From assembly GCA_963764165.1 (NCBI GenBank), contig CAVXRD010000002.1, positions 1,344,001 to 1,408,000 of the forward strand: a stretch of 64,000 bases of DNA, given 5' to 3'. Below the pieces are notes generated by a model. That model searched no databases. It worked only from the letters and a program-made list of their open reading frames with translations, and was not told where the DNA came from. Below, piece by piece: positions 27,070 through 37,367 of this stretch. Source of the DNA: an uncultured Verrucomicrobiae bacterium. Its GTDB lineage: Bacteria > Verrucomicrobiota > Verrucomicrobiia > Limisphaerales > Palsa-1400. How positions within the stretch are numbered: position 1 is the first letter of the stretch; the number at the start of each line of letters is the position of its first letter. The translations under genes and the position numbers were made by a program.

Positions 27070-29607
27070 CTAGGGAATCTGCGCCACATCCTTTTGCTGC
27101 AGCCACCCAATTTGACGTGATGCATCAGTGACTTGCAGCCAATCGCCATTCTGGCTGAGCACCGTCAATTCCGTCCCGTCATGCGCGGTAAATGCGCTTT
27201 GCGACACATCCATCGGGCCGCGCCGCACAACGGCTTCGGGAACCACCACGACCGACGATTTTTCAACGAGCCGCTGGCTGATCGAAAATCCAAGGCAAAC
27301 GAGGCACCACGCCGCAGCCGCAGCCAGAACGCCAGCGGCTCCGCCCGATGATTTCGCGAAGCTCGGGAAAATTTGCCGGGCTGTCAGCGTCAGAAAAAAG
27401 AGCGCAGCCACGCCGGAAGCCGCCATGGTCCACTCATTTACCGTCAGGCGGCCGACCCAGCGCGTCCAGCGGCTGCCGGGAATGGCTGCGCTGCTGGCGC
27501 CAGCTTTGGCGCGGACGATTTCAAGATTGGCGCGAATATCAGGATCGCGCGGGGCAAGCGCTTCGGCGCGGCGGTAATCGTAAATGGCCCGCCCCAGCTC
27601 GCCGGATTTGAAGGCGGCGTTGCCGGCGTTGAAATAAATCGCGGGCGAAATTTTTCCGCCGCGCAACAAGCCTTCGTAAGCCGCCGACGCCTGCGCGTAT
27701 TTCCCCTCCTCATAAAGTTTGTTGGCATGCAGAAAAATGTCGTCCGCGCTCTCAGCGAACGCCATGCCGCCAGCTGTCAAACATAACAAAATCACACTGG
27801 TGGCTTGCGGCGCCCTTCGCCCGGAGCTTCCGCTGGCGTCGGGGATTTTTTGCAGCGCGGCCAGGGCGGATTTGACTTTTGGAATCAGCGACGCCATTCC
27901 TTGCGACGTATGCTCAGGCGTGTAGCGGTATTGGTTGCACGCTTGGAACAAATCGCGCACCAGCGCCCGGTCGCTTTCCGACAGGCATTTCACATCCTCA
28001 AGAACGGCCTCGGTGATGGCGGGCGCGGGCAAATCCAGGCGCTCGCCCAGTTGCTCCTGCAACAGCCGCAGCAAAGTGGCGTGAAATTGATCCGCGTCGT
28101 TGGCGGCGGCCTGGGCGGCCAGATCGCTGTAGCCCTCCTCGACCAACCGCGCGACCACCCGGCGGCGGCGCAATCGGGGGCTGTTGGCAAGTTTGTCCTT
28201 ATGCCGGCGCCAAAGCAAAGCTCCCACCCAAATCAACGGCGGCGCGAGTTGCAATGAAAGGAAAGCAGGTTGCATCACCAGCGGTGGTTTGGCCGCCGTG
28301 ACTGTGCCCGCCGCCGGTTTGATGTGGACGATGTCCTGATTTTGCGGCTGCGCTTCCTGGACGGGCACCGCGGAATTGACGACCGTCGGCTGGGGCGTGG
28401 CGGCTGTGGGGTGAACCGTCAGCGCAATCTGCGGAGCGCTGAGCGTCCGAAACATTCCCGCGCTTGGATCAAAATAACTGAATGAAAACGCGGGCAGCTC
28501 CTTGATCTCCGCGTTCATCGGCGTAATGACCTCCTCAAAGTATTTGGAACCTTGGATCTGCAGCGGATCGGTGGATTCCAATTTGCTGTTTGGCGGGTAA
28601 ATCTTGAACTCCCGCCAATCCTGTTCGTTTATCGGCACGGTCACGGAATCCCACGAGCCAGTCCCGGAAATGCGGATCTTCAAGGTCACCGGATCACCGA
28701 CTCCAACGTTGGTTGGCCCGCAGCTATATTCCACCAGCGCGAACTGGCCGATGGCTCCATGAAAACTGGCAGGCATGCCGTTTTTCGGAATTGGCAGGAC
28801 GTTAATTTCCGGCGTGTCGCTGGAAACATCGAGTTGGCGAGGATTGGTCAATCCAAAAAAATTCTGCCCCTGGAATTCGGTGAGCGACCAGGTTGCAGGC
28901 CCTAGTTTTTGGCGTCCGATGCGGGTGGCCGTGACGGCCGCGCGGAAATTCAGCCAATTATACATGGAGTTTTCCACCCGGCGTTTCGATTGTTTGTGAT
29001 CATTGGGAATGGCACCGACAATAAAATTATCGGTGTTCAATTGAGGCCCCTGGCTGAGCTTGACGTTATCCAGGCAAAAGCACTGGATTTCAACGGGCAT
29101 CACCTGGCCCAAATAGACATTCGTCGCGGAAGGGACCAAGCGGACAAAAGCCGTTTCAGGCCGTCCACTGGCCTGATGGGCGTTTCCCTGGACGACTTTG
29201 AGTTTGAGCGGGCGGCTCGTCACCTTCTTCCCGCCCACGTCGGCAACGATGGCAGGAATCGTATACTCGCCGATGTGTGAGGCTTGCACCTCCATCGTGT
29301 ATCGAATGCTGCTGCTGACATTGCCATTAATGAATTGCTGGCTCTCGAATTGGCTTATGCCTCCAAATCTGAGACCAGGCATCTGCGGCAAAGCCGGAAT
29401 GGCGCTGGGCCGGCAATCGTTGAATTCCAGCGTCAGAACGGCTGATTCGCCGAGATTAATCGTCTCGGGATCCAAGGTGACTTCAAAACTTGGGTCCGCC
29501 AAGGCAGGCAATGCGAGCATCGCCAGCCATGCAAAAATGAAAATTGCGCCGTGAAAAACACGGCTTCCCAAGGGGCTATGCGCTTTTCGGCCTATTAAGC
29601 TCACCAT
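27070..29607 (-). CDS. BatD-family protein fused to a BatE-like TPR + SH3 module
   Basis: BatD-type motifs (GAIGQF, VGDPVTLKIRISGTG, FSYFDP), then TPR (YFNAGNA..KSGELGRAI..YRRA..LAPRDPDIRANL) and SH3 (GDWLQV...IGW). Start uncertain. Confidence 0.8.
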   Translation of the reverse strand: MVSLIGRKAHSPLGSRVFHGAIFIFAWLAMLALPALADPSFEVTLDPETINLGESAVLTLEFNDCRPSAIPALPQMPGLRFGGISQFESQQFINGNVSSSIRYTMEVQASHIGEYTIPAIVADVGGKKVTSRPLKLKVVQGNAHQASGRPETAFVRLVPSATNVYLGQVMPVEIQCFCLDNVKLSQGPQLNTDNFIVGAIPNDHKQSKRRVENSMYNWLNFRAAVTATRIGRQKLGPATWSLTEFQGQNFFGLTNPRQLDVSSDTPEINVLPIPKNGMPASFHGAIGQFALVEYSCGPTNVGVGDPVTLKIRISGTGSWDSVTVPINEQDWREFKIYPPNSKLESTDPLQIQGSKYFEEVITPMNAEIKELPAFSFSYFDPSAGMFRTLSAPQIALTVHPTAATPQPTVVNSAVPVQEAQPQNQDIVHIKPAAGTVTAAKPPLVMQPAFLSLQLAPPLIWVGALLWRRHKDKLANSPRLRRRRVVARLVEEGYSDLAAQAAANDADQFHATLLRLLQEQLGERLDLPAPAITEAVLEDVKCLSESDRALVRDLFQACNQYRYTPEHTSQGMASLIPKVKSALAALQKIPDASGSSGRRAPQATSVILLCLTAGGMAFAESADDIFLHANKLYEEGKYAQASAAYEGLLRGGKISPAIYFNAGNAAFKSGELGRAIYDYRRAEALAPRDPDIRANLEIVRAKAGASSAAIPGSRWTRWVGRLTVNEWTMAASGVAALFFLTLTARQIFPSFAKSSGGAAGVLAAAAAWCLVCLGFSISQRLVEKSSVVVVPEAVVRRGPMDVSQSAFTAHDGTELTVLSQNGDWLQVTDASRQIGWLQQKDVAQIP

Positions 29608-29645
29608 AAAAACCAAGACAGCCTATTTTTGCTTTTGTTCATCGA

Positions 29646-30041
29646 TCAGGCAAGCGGGAACGGTTTTTTCCAGATGGGAACAATCTGTTTCATCTCATTT
29701 ATTATATATTGGCTGGCGGCAAATGCCTCTTCCCGATGCGGCGCGACGACCTCGATCCAAAGCGACGGTTCCCCAGCAGGGACTCTCCCGATGCGATGCA
29801 CAAGCCGCACCGCTTCGATGGGCCACTTTTGCTGGGTCTGATCGAACAGCAATTGAAACTGCTTTTCGGCCATGGGTATAAATGCTTCGTAATCAAGCCC
29901 TCCAATATCCCTCCCCTCCTCCGTTCCCCGCACCACGCCAGCAAAATAAACCACCGCCCCCATGCCCCCGCTCATCGCCCGCCTGGCCAAAAGCGAATGC
30001 TCGTCGATTTTTTGATCGGTGATGGTTAATTCGCGCCGCAT
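29646..30041 (-). CDS. moaE: Molybdopterin synthase catalytic subunit
   Basis: GAVVYFAGVVR, LDYEAF, HRIG, HREEAF and VPIWKK. Confidence 0.92.
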   Translation of the reverse strand: MRRELTITDQKIDEHSLLARRAMSGGMGAVVYFAGVVRGTEEGRDIGGLDYEAFIPMAEKQFQLLFDQTQQKWPIEAVRLVHRIGRVPAGEPSLWIEVVAPHREEAFAASQYIINEMKQIVPIWKKPFPLA

Positions 30042-30357
30042 GATTCATGTCTGGACCACGGTAGGGGCGGGGCCCCAGGCGAGCCATCTTCGAAGGGGCG
30101 GCTTCGCGGGAGGCCCCCATTAAAAGATCGGGTAACAGCCAATGAACTGTTTAAAGAGCCAAAGGCGCGGCGGCGACAGGTGCCGGAGGCAGCACAGCTT
30201 GCAGCCGGTGGTTGAGCGAAGCGATGCCATCGGCTGCAAGCTCGCATCCCTGCCGGGATGCGCTCATTGCACAAGGTCATTGGCCGCGCCGCCCTACCGG
30301 CCTCACCGGCTCGGTTGCCTGTGGCGTCGCGCAAAAAACTGTCCGGCATCGGCGTGT
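30042..30357. repeat. moaD-moaE spacer made of nested degenerate REP-like palindromes
   Basis: GGTAGGG...CCCTACC outer ends; inner GCTTGCAGCCGGTGG...CCATCGGCTGCAAGC and GCATCCC..GGGATGC hairpins. Confidence 0.5.
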
Positions 30358-30603
30358 TCATCCTCCCTGCACAGGCGGAAAAAGAGAAACCTCATCGCCC
30401 TCGGCCAAAATATAATCGACAGATTGGTAATCGACCCCGACCGCCACCAGCGTTGATTTCCGCATCGCCGCCAGTTTCGGAAAACGCGCAAAAAGCCCCT
30501 CCAAAAGGTCGCCCAGGCGCGAACCGGGAGCGACGTCTTCCGTCACTTCGACCGCGCCGGCCAAATCCTTAAAGTAGGAATAGAAATGAATGCGCACCCG
30601 CAA
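30358..30603 (-). CDS. moaD: MoaD/ThiS sulfur carrier
   Basis: Ends in GDEVSLFPPVQGG. Start taken at TTG 30603. Confidence 0.9.
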   Translation of the reverse strand: MRVRIHFYSYFKDLAGAVEVTEDVAPGSRLGDLLEGLFARFPKLAAMRKSTLVAVGVDYQSVDYILAEGDEVSLFPPVQGG

Positions 30604-30754
30604 CGAGGGAGCAGCATATAGGAGAATGTTCTGCAAAGCGAATGCAAAGGGCGCGGTTAAACTCGAATTCATTCATCTGGAACGACCGAACTCAGGAACG
30701 GAGGTTTCCGGCAAATTTCCACCGCCGCCGCAAAGGTTTGCGCCAATGGCGAGT

Positions 30755-31759
30755 CTACTTTGGAAACGACGGCAAAGAAGCCATATTGGTCACGCTGGCA
30801 TCGCCGTTTGCAACCGGCGGCATCGGCGGACCGGGCCAGGGCGGTATCACCGGCAATCGATTGACGAGCGAGCGCCACACTTCGCGCTCATGCCCGGACA
30901 TGGCCTCCCATTTGGCGGCGTTGTGCAGGAACTGGTCGCGATCCTCGGCGGACATGGTGGCGAATTTGCTGAAGGATTCCACGCAATCGCGCTGCGCGGC
31001 AGGCGAAAGAGCCGCATAGGAGCTGAGCGCCTGCGCCATCTGCCCCTGCTCCTCCGAGGTGAGACCTTTGATGGTGGCTTTCTGCTGCTCGCCTGTAGAG
31101 TAAAAAAACTGGCGGAAGGCTTCGCACAATTCCCGCCTGCGGCTTTCCGGCAGCGCTTGCCACTGATTCAGCTCCGCCTTCCACCGCGCGCGCTGCGCCG
31201 CGGGAATTTTGTCCGGCGCATCATTGGGGAGGGTGGCCGAAGCTTCCTGCAATTGCGCGTACGTTTGGAGAAAATGCTCGTTGTCCAAAAGCGCCTTGCG
31301 GGTGTCTCCGGGCAGCCGATCCCACAAGCCAAGCTGCTGCGAAAGCATGGGGGCGTAAAGCGGCGAAATCTCCTTCATGCGCTCCTGCCGCTGCGCGGGG
31401 CTCAGGCGCAGCAGCGTCAGCAAATACCAATGCAGCTCGGTATGGCGCAGCCGCTCTTCGCGGATTTCCCGCGGCATGCGCTCGTATTCATCAATTTTGG
31501 CCAGAACATGCTCGCGCTCCTTCGGTGTTTTGTCCGCCAGCACACGCTCCCGTTCCTCCGGCGTCATTCCAAGCAATCCGCGAAAATAGGCAATCGGAGT
31601 CAGATTGGTCACCGTCACCCCCTTGGCCACATGCTGATACCAATGAGGCGAGGGCGGGGGCGGCGGGCCGGTGGGTTCCGCGGTTGGCGGTTGCGCGCCG
31701 GCGATAATCGCAGCGGCGAACACAATGAAACCGAAAAATGGAATGGCCGGCTTGCGCAT
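30755..31759 (-). CDS. DUF3106-like helical repeat secreted protein
   Basis: Signal peptide and repeated W..L(P/S)..R helices. Third gene of an ECF operon. Confidence 0.7.
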   Translation of the reverse strand: MRKPAIPFFGFIVFAAAIIAGAQPPTAEPTGPPPPPSPHWYQHVAKGVTVTNLTPIAYFRGLLGMTPEERERVLADKTPKEREHVLAKIDEYERMPREIREERLRHTELHWYLLTLLRLSPAQRQERMKEISPLYAPMLSQQLGLWDRLPGDTRKALLDNEHFLQTYAQLQEASATLPNDAPDKIPAAQRARWKAELNQWQALPESRRRELCEAFRQFFYSTGEQQKATIKGLTSEEQGQMAQALSSYAALSPAAQRDCVESFSKFATMSAEDRDQFLHNAAKWEAMSGHEREVWRSLVNRLPVIPPWPGPPMPPVANGDASVTNMASLPSFPK

Positions 31760-31762
31760 GGG

Positions 31763-32260
31763 CTATTGAAGCACGGTCAGCAAGTCGTCGTCCGCCACTT
31801 TGACCTTGTTGAGCCGGTTGATGGTGTCGAAATTCTCCAGCCAATCAATGCGGGGCAATTCCGCCAGACGGCTGGTAATGGCCACTTCATGGGAAACTTC
31901 AGCGCGATGCATGGCTTGATATTGATGATACGACAGCATGCCGGAGCAAATCATGGCCGCACCCAAGGCCGCTCGCGGCACCCAGGCGTTTGATAGCCAC
32001 GAGATTGCGCCCAGACGCTGGCGCCAGCCAGATTCCAATTCGGCGCGCGTCGCAGCTTGCAGGACCCGCGCGGTGAAGTTGCTGGAAACGGCCGGAGTTG
32101 GCATCCGCCGCAGCATGCCGCTCAAGGCCGCCTCTTCGTCCCATGCTTCTTGAAATTCCGGGTGCGCGGCTAGGAAGTCCCTCAATTGCGTCCGTTCGGA
32201 AGGCGTGATGGGGCGTTTCCAACTGGCTTCGACGAGTTTTTGAAATTCAGTCTGTTGCAT
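31763..32260 (-). CDS. Putative anti-sigma factor
   Basis: Directly downstream of the ECF sigma. S.NFTARVL motif and one TM helix. Confidence 0.7.
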   Translation of the reverse strand: MQQTEFQKLVEASWKRPITPSERTQLRDFLAAHPEFQEAWDEEAALSGMLRRMPTPAVSSNFTARVLQAATRAELESGWRQRLGAISWLSNAWVPRAALGAAMICSGMLSYHQYQAMHRAEVSHEVAITSRLAELPRIDWLENFDTINRLNKVKVADDDLLTVLQ

Positions 32261-32274
32261 ACTCACACTACTCC

Positions 32275-32910
32275 TTAACACCTCTTGGCTGGCAGAGTTT
32301 CGGTTTCAGTTTCAGCCCATGTGCCGCTCTGCAAATACGGCTTGAGCTTTTCCTTCAGAGTTTCGCGCCCGCGGTGGATGAGCGATTTCGTGGCCGAGAG
32401 CGAACACCCCAGTATCTTGGCCATTTCCTCGTAGGAAAGCTCGTTTTCCTGGCACATTGCCAAGGCGAGCCGCTGTTTGTCCGGCAGCGAAGCCAGCGCT
32501 TCCTGAATCTTTTGCTCCAGTTCGCGATTCAGGAACGCTTGGGGCGGGCCGGTGATCTTGTCGTCGGGATATTGGCGCGGGGCGGAGTCTTCGCTTTCCG
32601 TCTGGCTGGATTCCAGGGATTGCGCCGGATGCCGGCTCCGCCGGCGTATCTCGTTGAGGCACAAGTGCCGGGCGATTGTGAAGATCCAAGTCGAAAACTT
32701 GGCGGAAACTTCGTAGCGGGCCGCGGATTGGTAGACGCGCACGAAGACGTTTTGGGCCAAATCCTCGGCTTCGTCCAAATCGTGGAGCAGGCGGTAGATG
32801 ATATTGATGACCGGATGCTTGTATTTTTGCACCAATTCCTCAAAAGCCGGAAGATCTCCGCGCTTAACGCGAAGCATCAGCTCGGCATCCGGATCCATGG
32901 GCAAGGCCAT
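32275..32910 (-). CDS. ECF sigma-70 factor
   Basis: GDLPAFEELV, EAEDLAQNVF, KFSTWIFTIA, LSYEEMA and KSLIHRGRE. Confidence 0.93.
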   Translation of the reverse strand: MALPMDPDAELMLRVKRGDLPAFEELVQKYKHPVINIIYRLLHDLDEAEDLAQNVFVRVYQSAARYEVSAKFSTWIFTIARHLCLNEIRRRSRHPAQSLESSQTESEDSAPRQYPDDKITGPPQAFLNRELEQKIQEALASLPDKQRLALAMCQENELSYEEMAKILGCSLSATKSLIHRGRETLKEKLKPYLQSGTWAETETETLPAKRC

Positions 32911-33098
32911 TAAGTTACATTAACCGAACACCGGAACCCTCACAAGGTTGCGAGCCTGCTTGCGGTGGGGAGGCCGGACGATGAAAAAAAATTGAACAGA
33001 AGGCAACGAAGATAGCGAAGGGGGAAAAAGGATTGCCAATCTGGGAAGCAGGAAGAAAATCATGAAAATTACCGGTGTTGTTCGGTGTGATCATTCAA

Positions 33099-33959
33099 AT
33101 GCGAAATATCAACTGGAGTGTGCGCGGCCTTTGGCGGCCGGCCATCTTCGTTCTGGCATTGTGCGCCGGTTGCGATCAGCATCCTCCGGTGGCCGCTCCT
33201 GTTGCCCAACCGGCGCGTGCCGCCAGTTCGATTGGCCGCGATCATCCACCCGGCGGCGAAATCTGGCGGTATTCGTATGAAATCGTGAACACCTTTCCGC
33301 ACGATAAAACGGCCTTTACCCAGGGACTGGTTTTCCTCGACGGGAAGTTCATCGAGAGCACCGGCTTGAATGGCCGCTCGACCTTGCGCGAGGTGGATCT
33401 CGCAGGCGGCCGAGTCCTGCGGCAAGTGCCGGTTCCAAACCAATATTTCGCCGAAGGACTGGCGGTGCTGGGCGGCAAGGCTTATCAATTGACCTGGCAA
33501 GCGCAGAAGGGCTTCGTTTACGACGAAGCGACTTTCCGCCTGGAAAATGAATTTGCCTACACTGGCGAAGGCTGGGGGTTGGCGACCGATGGCCACTCGC
33601 TCATTCTTAGCGACGGCACGCCGCAGATTCGATTTCTCGATCCTGCCACTTTCAAAGTCGAGCGAACCATCCAGGTGGCGGCGCGCGGCCAGCCTGTCAA
33701 ATGGTTGAATGAGTTGGAATATATCCAAGGCGAGATCTTCGCCAATGTCTGGCAAACTCCTTTCGTGGCTCGCATCGATCCGTCCAACGGCGCGGTGACG
33801 GGCGTGATCGACTTCGCCGGGCTCCTGCCGCCCGCCGACCGCGAAACCAACACCGACGTTCTCAACGGCATCGCCTATGACTCCGCCAATGATCGCCTTT
33901 TCGTCACTGGCAAACTTTGGCCCAAGCTGTTCGAAGTTCGACTCAAACGCGTGCCGTGA
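33099..33959 (+). CDS. Glutaminyl-peptide cyclotransferase (lipoprotein)
   Basis: PHD..AFTQGL, ESTG, FAEG, GEGWGL, LNELE, VLNGIA and TGKLWP. Confidence 0.93.
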   Translation: MRNINWSVRGLWRPAIFVLALCAGCDQHPPVAAPVAQPARAASSIGRDHPPGGEIWRYSYEIVNTFPHDKTAFTQGLVFLDGKFIESTGLNGRSTLREVDLAGGRVLRQVPVPNQYFAEGLAVLGGKAYQLTWQAQKGFVYDEATFRLENEFAYTGEGWGLATDGHSLILSDGTPQIRFLDPATFKVERTIQVAARGQPVKWLNELEYIQGEIFANVWQTPFVARIDPSNGAVTGVIDFAGLLPPADRETNTDVLNGIAYDSANDRLFVTGKLWPKLFEVRLKRVP

Positions 33960-35125
33960 GCGCCTCTGAAACAACTCCGCTCCGAATTGCCCACCTGAAT
34001 TCGATGCTCACCGGCGGAGGCACCGATGACCAGTGCGTCAAACTGGCGGCGGGATTGCATCGCATGGGCCAGAAAGTTTGGATCGCCGGGCCGTCCGGGC
34101 GATATTTCGCGCCCATGATTGAGGCCTCTGGGGTGCCATTCTTCGACACCGGCGCGACGCGCAGCAAAGTGCGATTCGTGCTGAGCGCGGCGAAGTTGAT
34201 TCGCCGCGAGCGGATCGAAATTGTCCACGGCCATCACGGCCGGGATATTTGGCCGACGATTTTTGCGGCGCGCTGGTCGGGAGTCCGGCCCACGCTGGTA
34301 TTGAGCCGGCATTTGGCGAAGAGTCCGGGTTCATGGGCGAGCCGGCAATTTTTATTGGGGCAATGCGACGCGTTGGTGGCCGTTTCCAAATTTGTGGCCC
34401 ACGTTTTGCGCGAAGGCGATTACGAACCGCAATCGCCCGAAGCCGAGCGGCACGCACGCCCGCCGATGCGCGGCGATTTCAGCAAGATTCGTGTGATCTA
34501 CGGAGGAATCGACACGGCCAAATTCCGCCCCGCCAACGCCGATGCGATGCGCAAGGAACTCGGCCTTGCGCCGGGCGATTTTGCCTTTGCCGTGGCAGGT
34601 GGATTCGATTTGCCGCGCGGCAAGGGGCAGCGCGAATTTCTAAAGGCCGCCGCGCAAATCCATCAACAGACACCCGACGCCCGCTTTCTGATCATCGGGC
34701 GCGGGAGCATGGAGGAGATTCTCACCGCCGACATTCAAAAACTGGGATTGGCGGGAAAAGCCTGGCTGGCGGGCCAGAAGAGCGACATGCCGCAGATCAT
34801 GAACGCCATCGATTGCCTGGTGCATCCGCAAATCGGAACGGAAGCGCTCGGCCTGGTCGTTTGCGAGGCGCACGCCTGCGGCAAGCCGGTGATTGCGTCC
34901 GCGCTGGACGGCATTCCCGAGGCGTTTGCCGCGGGTGGATGCGGCGAGTTGGTTCCGCAGGAAGATGTGGGCGCGCTCGCGCAAGCGATGCTGCGGCAAA
35001 GCCAGAAGCCGCAATCCTCGCCCGAGTTCGCGCAATCGATGCGCGAACGAGTGGAGAAAGCGTTCTCCCTTGAGCGGCAGGCAGCCGACATGCTTGATCT
35101 TTACCGGTCCCTTCGCCGCGCGTAA
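33956..35125 (+). CDS. Glycosyltransferase family 4
   Basis: KGQ, EALGLVVCEA.ACGKPVIAS..GIPE. Confidence 0.9.
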   Translation: MSASETTPLRIAHLNSMLTGGGTDDQCVKLAAGLHRMGQKVWIAGPSGRYFAPMIEASGVPFFDTGATRSKVRFVLSAAKLIRRERIEIVHGHHGRDIWPTIFAARWSGVRPTLVLSRHLAKSPGSWASRQFLLGQCDALVAVSKFVAHVLREGDYEPQSPEAERHARPPMRGDFSKIRVIYGGIDTAKFRPANADAMRKELGLAPGDFAFAVAGGFDLPRGKGQREFLKAAAQIHQQTPDARFLIIGRGSMEEILTADIQKLGLAGKAWLAGQKSDMPQIMNAIDCLVHPQIGTEALGLVVCEAHACGKPVIASALDGIPEAFAAGGCGELVPQEDVGALAQAMLRQSQKPQSSPEFAQSMRERVEKAFSLERQAADMLDLYRSLRRA

Positions 35126-35218
35126 ATGGCGACGCTGTCAAGAACTGGCCTTTTACCGCCGTCCAAAATTGCCGAGTGACGAGTTGCCGCCGGCTGTGTC
35201 TAATGGTCGGGCACAGCC

Positions 35219-36223
35219 ATGCAATTGGACGAATTCTCTTTTCTGAATCAGCAACTGGCCGGGATGCTTGCTTCGGGCATCCCGCTGGAGGCCGCGCTGC
35301 TGCGGGTTTGCTCGGGGATGCGGCGGCAGCGCTGGCGCTCGGAGTTCGAAAAGCTCCGGGCCGACCTCGCGCAAGGCACACCGCTCGACAAAGCGCTGGA
35401 CGCGCGCAAGCTGCCCGACCTTTACCGGCAAATGGTGAAAGTCGGCGCGAAATCCAACGACTTGCCGGGCCTCCTGACTCTGCTGGCGGATCACTACCAG
35501 AAGACGAGCTTTCTTTGGACGAGGCTGAAAGGGTTGATGATTTACCCGGTCTTGGTGTTGTTGACAGCACTCGGGCTCTCACTTCTCCTGGCCAGCCAGC
35601 GCTCGAAGATGGGTTCGGTTCTGATATTCACACAAGGAACCACCGGTTCATTCGCAAAGTCGGAAGAATACAATTTTTACAGCGCTGGCATCGTCATGCC
35701 CGTCATCGTCCTGGTGGCGCTTTCGGCCATTGCAATTTTGACGCTCGTGATTCCAGCGCTGCGGAGGGCGGCGCGCTGGTGGCTCCCGGGTTTCAAGGAA
35801 GCGCATCTTTCGCGCCTCGCTTCCGCGATGAGTTTGCTGCTGAAGGGCGGCGTTGATTTGGGTTCGGCGCTCGGATTGATGCGCCGATTGGAATCAGGCG
35901 GACGCATCCAGCGCGAATTGGCGATGTGGGAGAGCGAGCTTTCCAAAGGCGGCGGTAAATTGGATGAGCTTGGCCAAAAAACCCGCGCCATTCCGCCGCT
36001 GTTTTTCTGGCTGGTGGCGGGCGAGGGCGAAAACCTGCCGGCTGGATTCACCCGCGCCGCCGAAATTTATTACGCGCGAGCCATGTATAAGATGGATTTG
36101 CTGCTCAACTCCGCGCTCCCGATTTCGGTCGTAGGGCTGGGGCTGATAATCATGGTGCAGGTGTTCTCGACCTTGAAGGTGGTCACGGGCGTGAACATGA
36201 TCGAGTATCTCACAGGCTTTTGA
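35219..36223 (+). CDS. Type II secretion / type IV pilus F-family (GspF/PilC-like) platform protein
   Basis: QLA.ML.SGIPL..AL, MVKVG and MIYP motifs. Confidence 0.85.
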   Translation: MQLDEFSFLNQQLAGMLASGIPLEAALLRVCSGMRRQRWRSEFEKLRADLAQGTPLDKALDARKLPDLYRQMVKVGAKSNDLPGLLTLLADHYQKTSFLWTRLKGLMIYPVLVLLTALGLSLLLASQRSKMGSVLIFTQGTTGSFAKSEEYNFYSAGIVMPVIVLVALSAIAILTLVIPALRRAARWWLPGFKEAHLSRLASAMSLLLKGGVDLGSALGLMRRLESGGRIQRELAMWESELSKGGGKLDELGQKTRAIPPLFFWLVAGEGENLPAGFTRAAEIYYARAMYKMDLLLNSALPISVVGLGLIIMVQVFSTLKVVTGVNMIEYLTGF

Positions 36224-36227
36224 AGAA

Positions 36228-37367
36228 ATGCACGGTTACTGGCCATATCTCCTTTGGTTCTTCGTGTGGATTGTGCCGGTGTCGGCGCTGACTCTTGCGA
36301 TCTACTGGCTCTTCACGCTGCCGTTGCGCCGCCAGGAGCGGTCGCGCTTTCTCCTCGATCTCCTGGAATCGGGCTGCCGCCGAGGACACACGTCTGAAAC
36401 GTCGGTGGAGGCAATTTCGCGCACGCGCGATCGGGCGGTCGGCGTGCGGTTTCATTTGCTGGCTGAACACATTCGCGGCGGATTGAGCCTGGCGGATGCT
36501 CTTGCGCGCGTGCCGTCAATGGCCTCGCCGCAAATCGCGGCCATGCTTCGCGTCGGCGAGAAGCTGGGCGATGTGCGGAAGGTGTTTTCCGTCTGCCGCG
36601 GCATGCTGAAGGACGCGAATTCGCAGACGCGCAATGCTGTCAATTATGTTTTCATTCTGTTGCTGATTGGAACGCCCGTTCTGCCCTTGATGCTCGCCGC
36701 CGAGAAGGAAGTTGTGATGCCGCGGTTTCAAGAGGTGGCGGCTGGCTACGACGTAAAGGTGGATTCCAGCGCCCTGTCTATCGTGAAATGGTCGAACGCC
36801 ATTGGCGTCTGCCAGATCGCCTTCACTTTCTTAGTTTGCGCAGGCGTTGTTGCATACGTCGGTGGGCCGCGATTGCGCCGTTGGGTGGCCACGATTTTTC
36901 CGACGATGTGCGATCACCTAATGTATCGAGTTCCGTGGAGGCGAAAGCGGTTGCGCCGCGATTTTGCCTCGATGCTTGCCATGCTGCTGGACGCCAATGT
37001 GCCGGAGCAAATGTCCATTCAACTGGCGGCCGCCGCGACCGCGAATTGCGTTTTTATGCGGCAGGGCGCGGAAGCCGTGCGGGATTTGCAGTCCGGATTG
37101 AGCCTGCCCAACGCGCTGCGCCGTTTTGACCGCGACGCGGAATTTGCCTGGCGCATCGGCAATGCCGCGCATGCGAGCGGCGGATTCTCGAACGCCCTCG
37201 CGGGCTGGGTGCAAGCGCTGGACGCGAAGGCCTTTCAGCAGGAGCAGGCGTTTTCGCAGATCGTTTCAACCGGGATGGTTTTCTTCAATGGATTCCTCGT
37301 CGCCTCGGTCGTGCTGGGGCTCTTCGGAGTGCTGATCGAAATCTCCGACAAGGTCGCCCTATGGTAA
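36228..37367 (+). CDS. Second GspF/PilC-like protein
   Basis: G.SLADAL, MLRVGEKLG, FAS.LA.LLDA and G.SLPNAL. Confidence 0.8.
   Translation: MHGYWPYLLWFFVWIVPVSALTLAIYWLFTLPLRRQERSRFLLDLLESGCRRGHTSETSVEAISRTRDRAVGVRFHLLAEHIRGGLSLADALARVPSMASPQIAAMLRVGEKLGDVRKVFSVCRGMLKDANSQTRNAVNYVFILLLIGTPVLPLMLAAEKEVVMPRFQEVAAGYDVKVDSSALSIVKWSNAIGVCQIAFTFLVCAGVVAYVGGPRLRRWVATIFPTMCDHLMYRVPWRRKRLRRDFASMLAMLLDANVPEQMSIQLAAAATANCVFMRQGAEAVRDLQSGLSLPNALRRFDRDAEFAWRIGNAAHASGGFSNALAGWVQALDAKAFQQEQAFSQIVSTGMVFFNGFLVASVVLGLFGVLIEISDKVALW

Noticed and set aside
32993..33022. Short purine-rich runs (also about 4893, 13608, 20305) as another repeat family
   Set aside because: Too short and divergent to align with confidence by eye.
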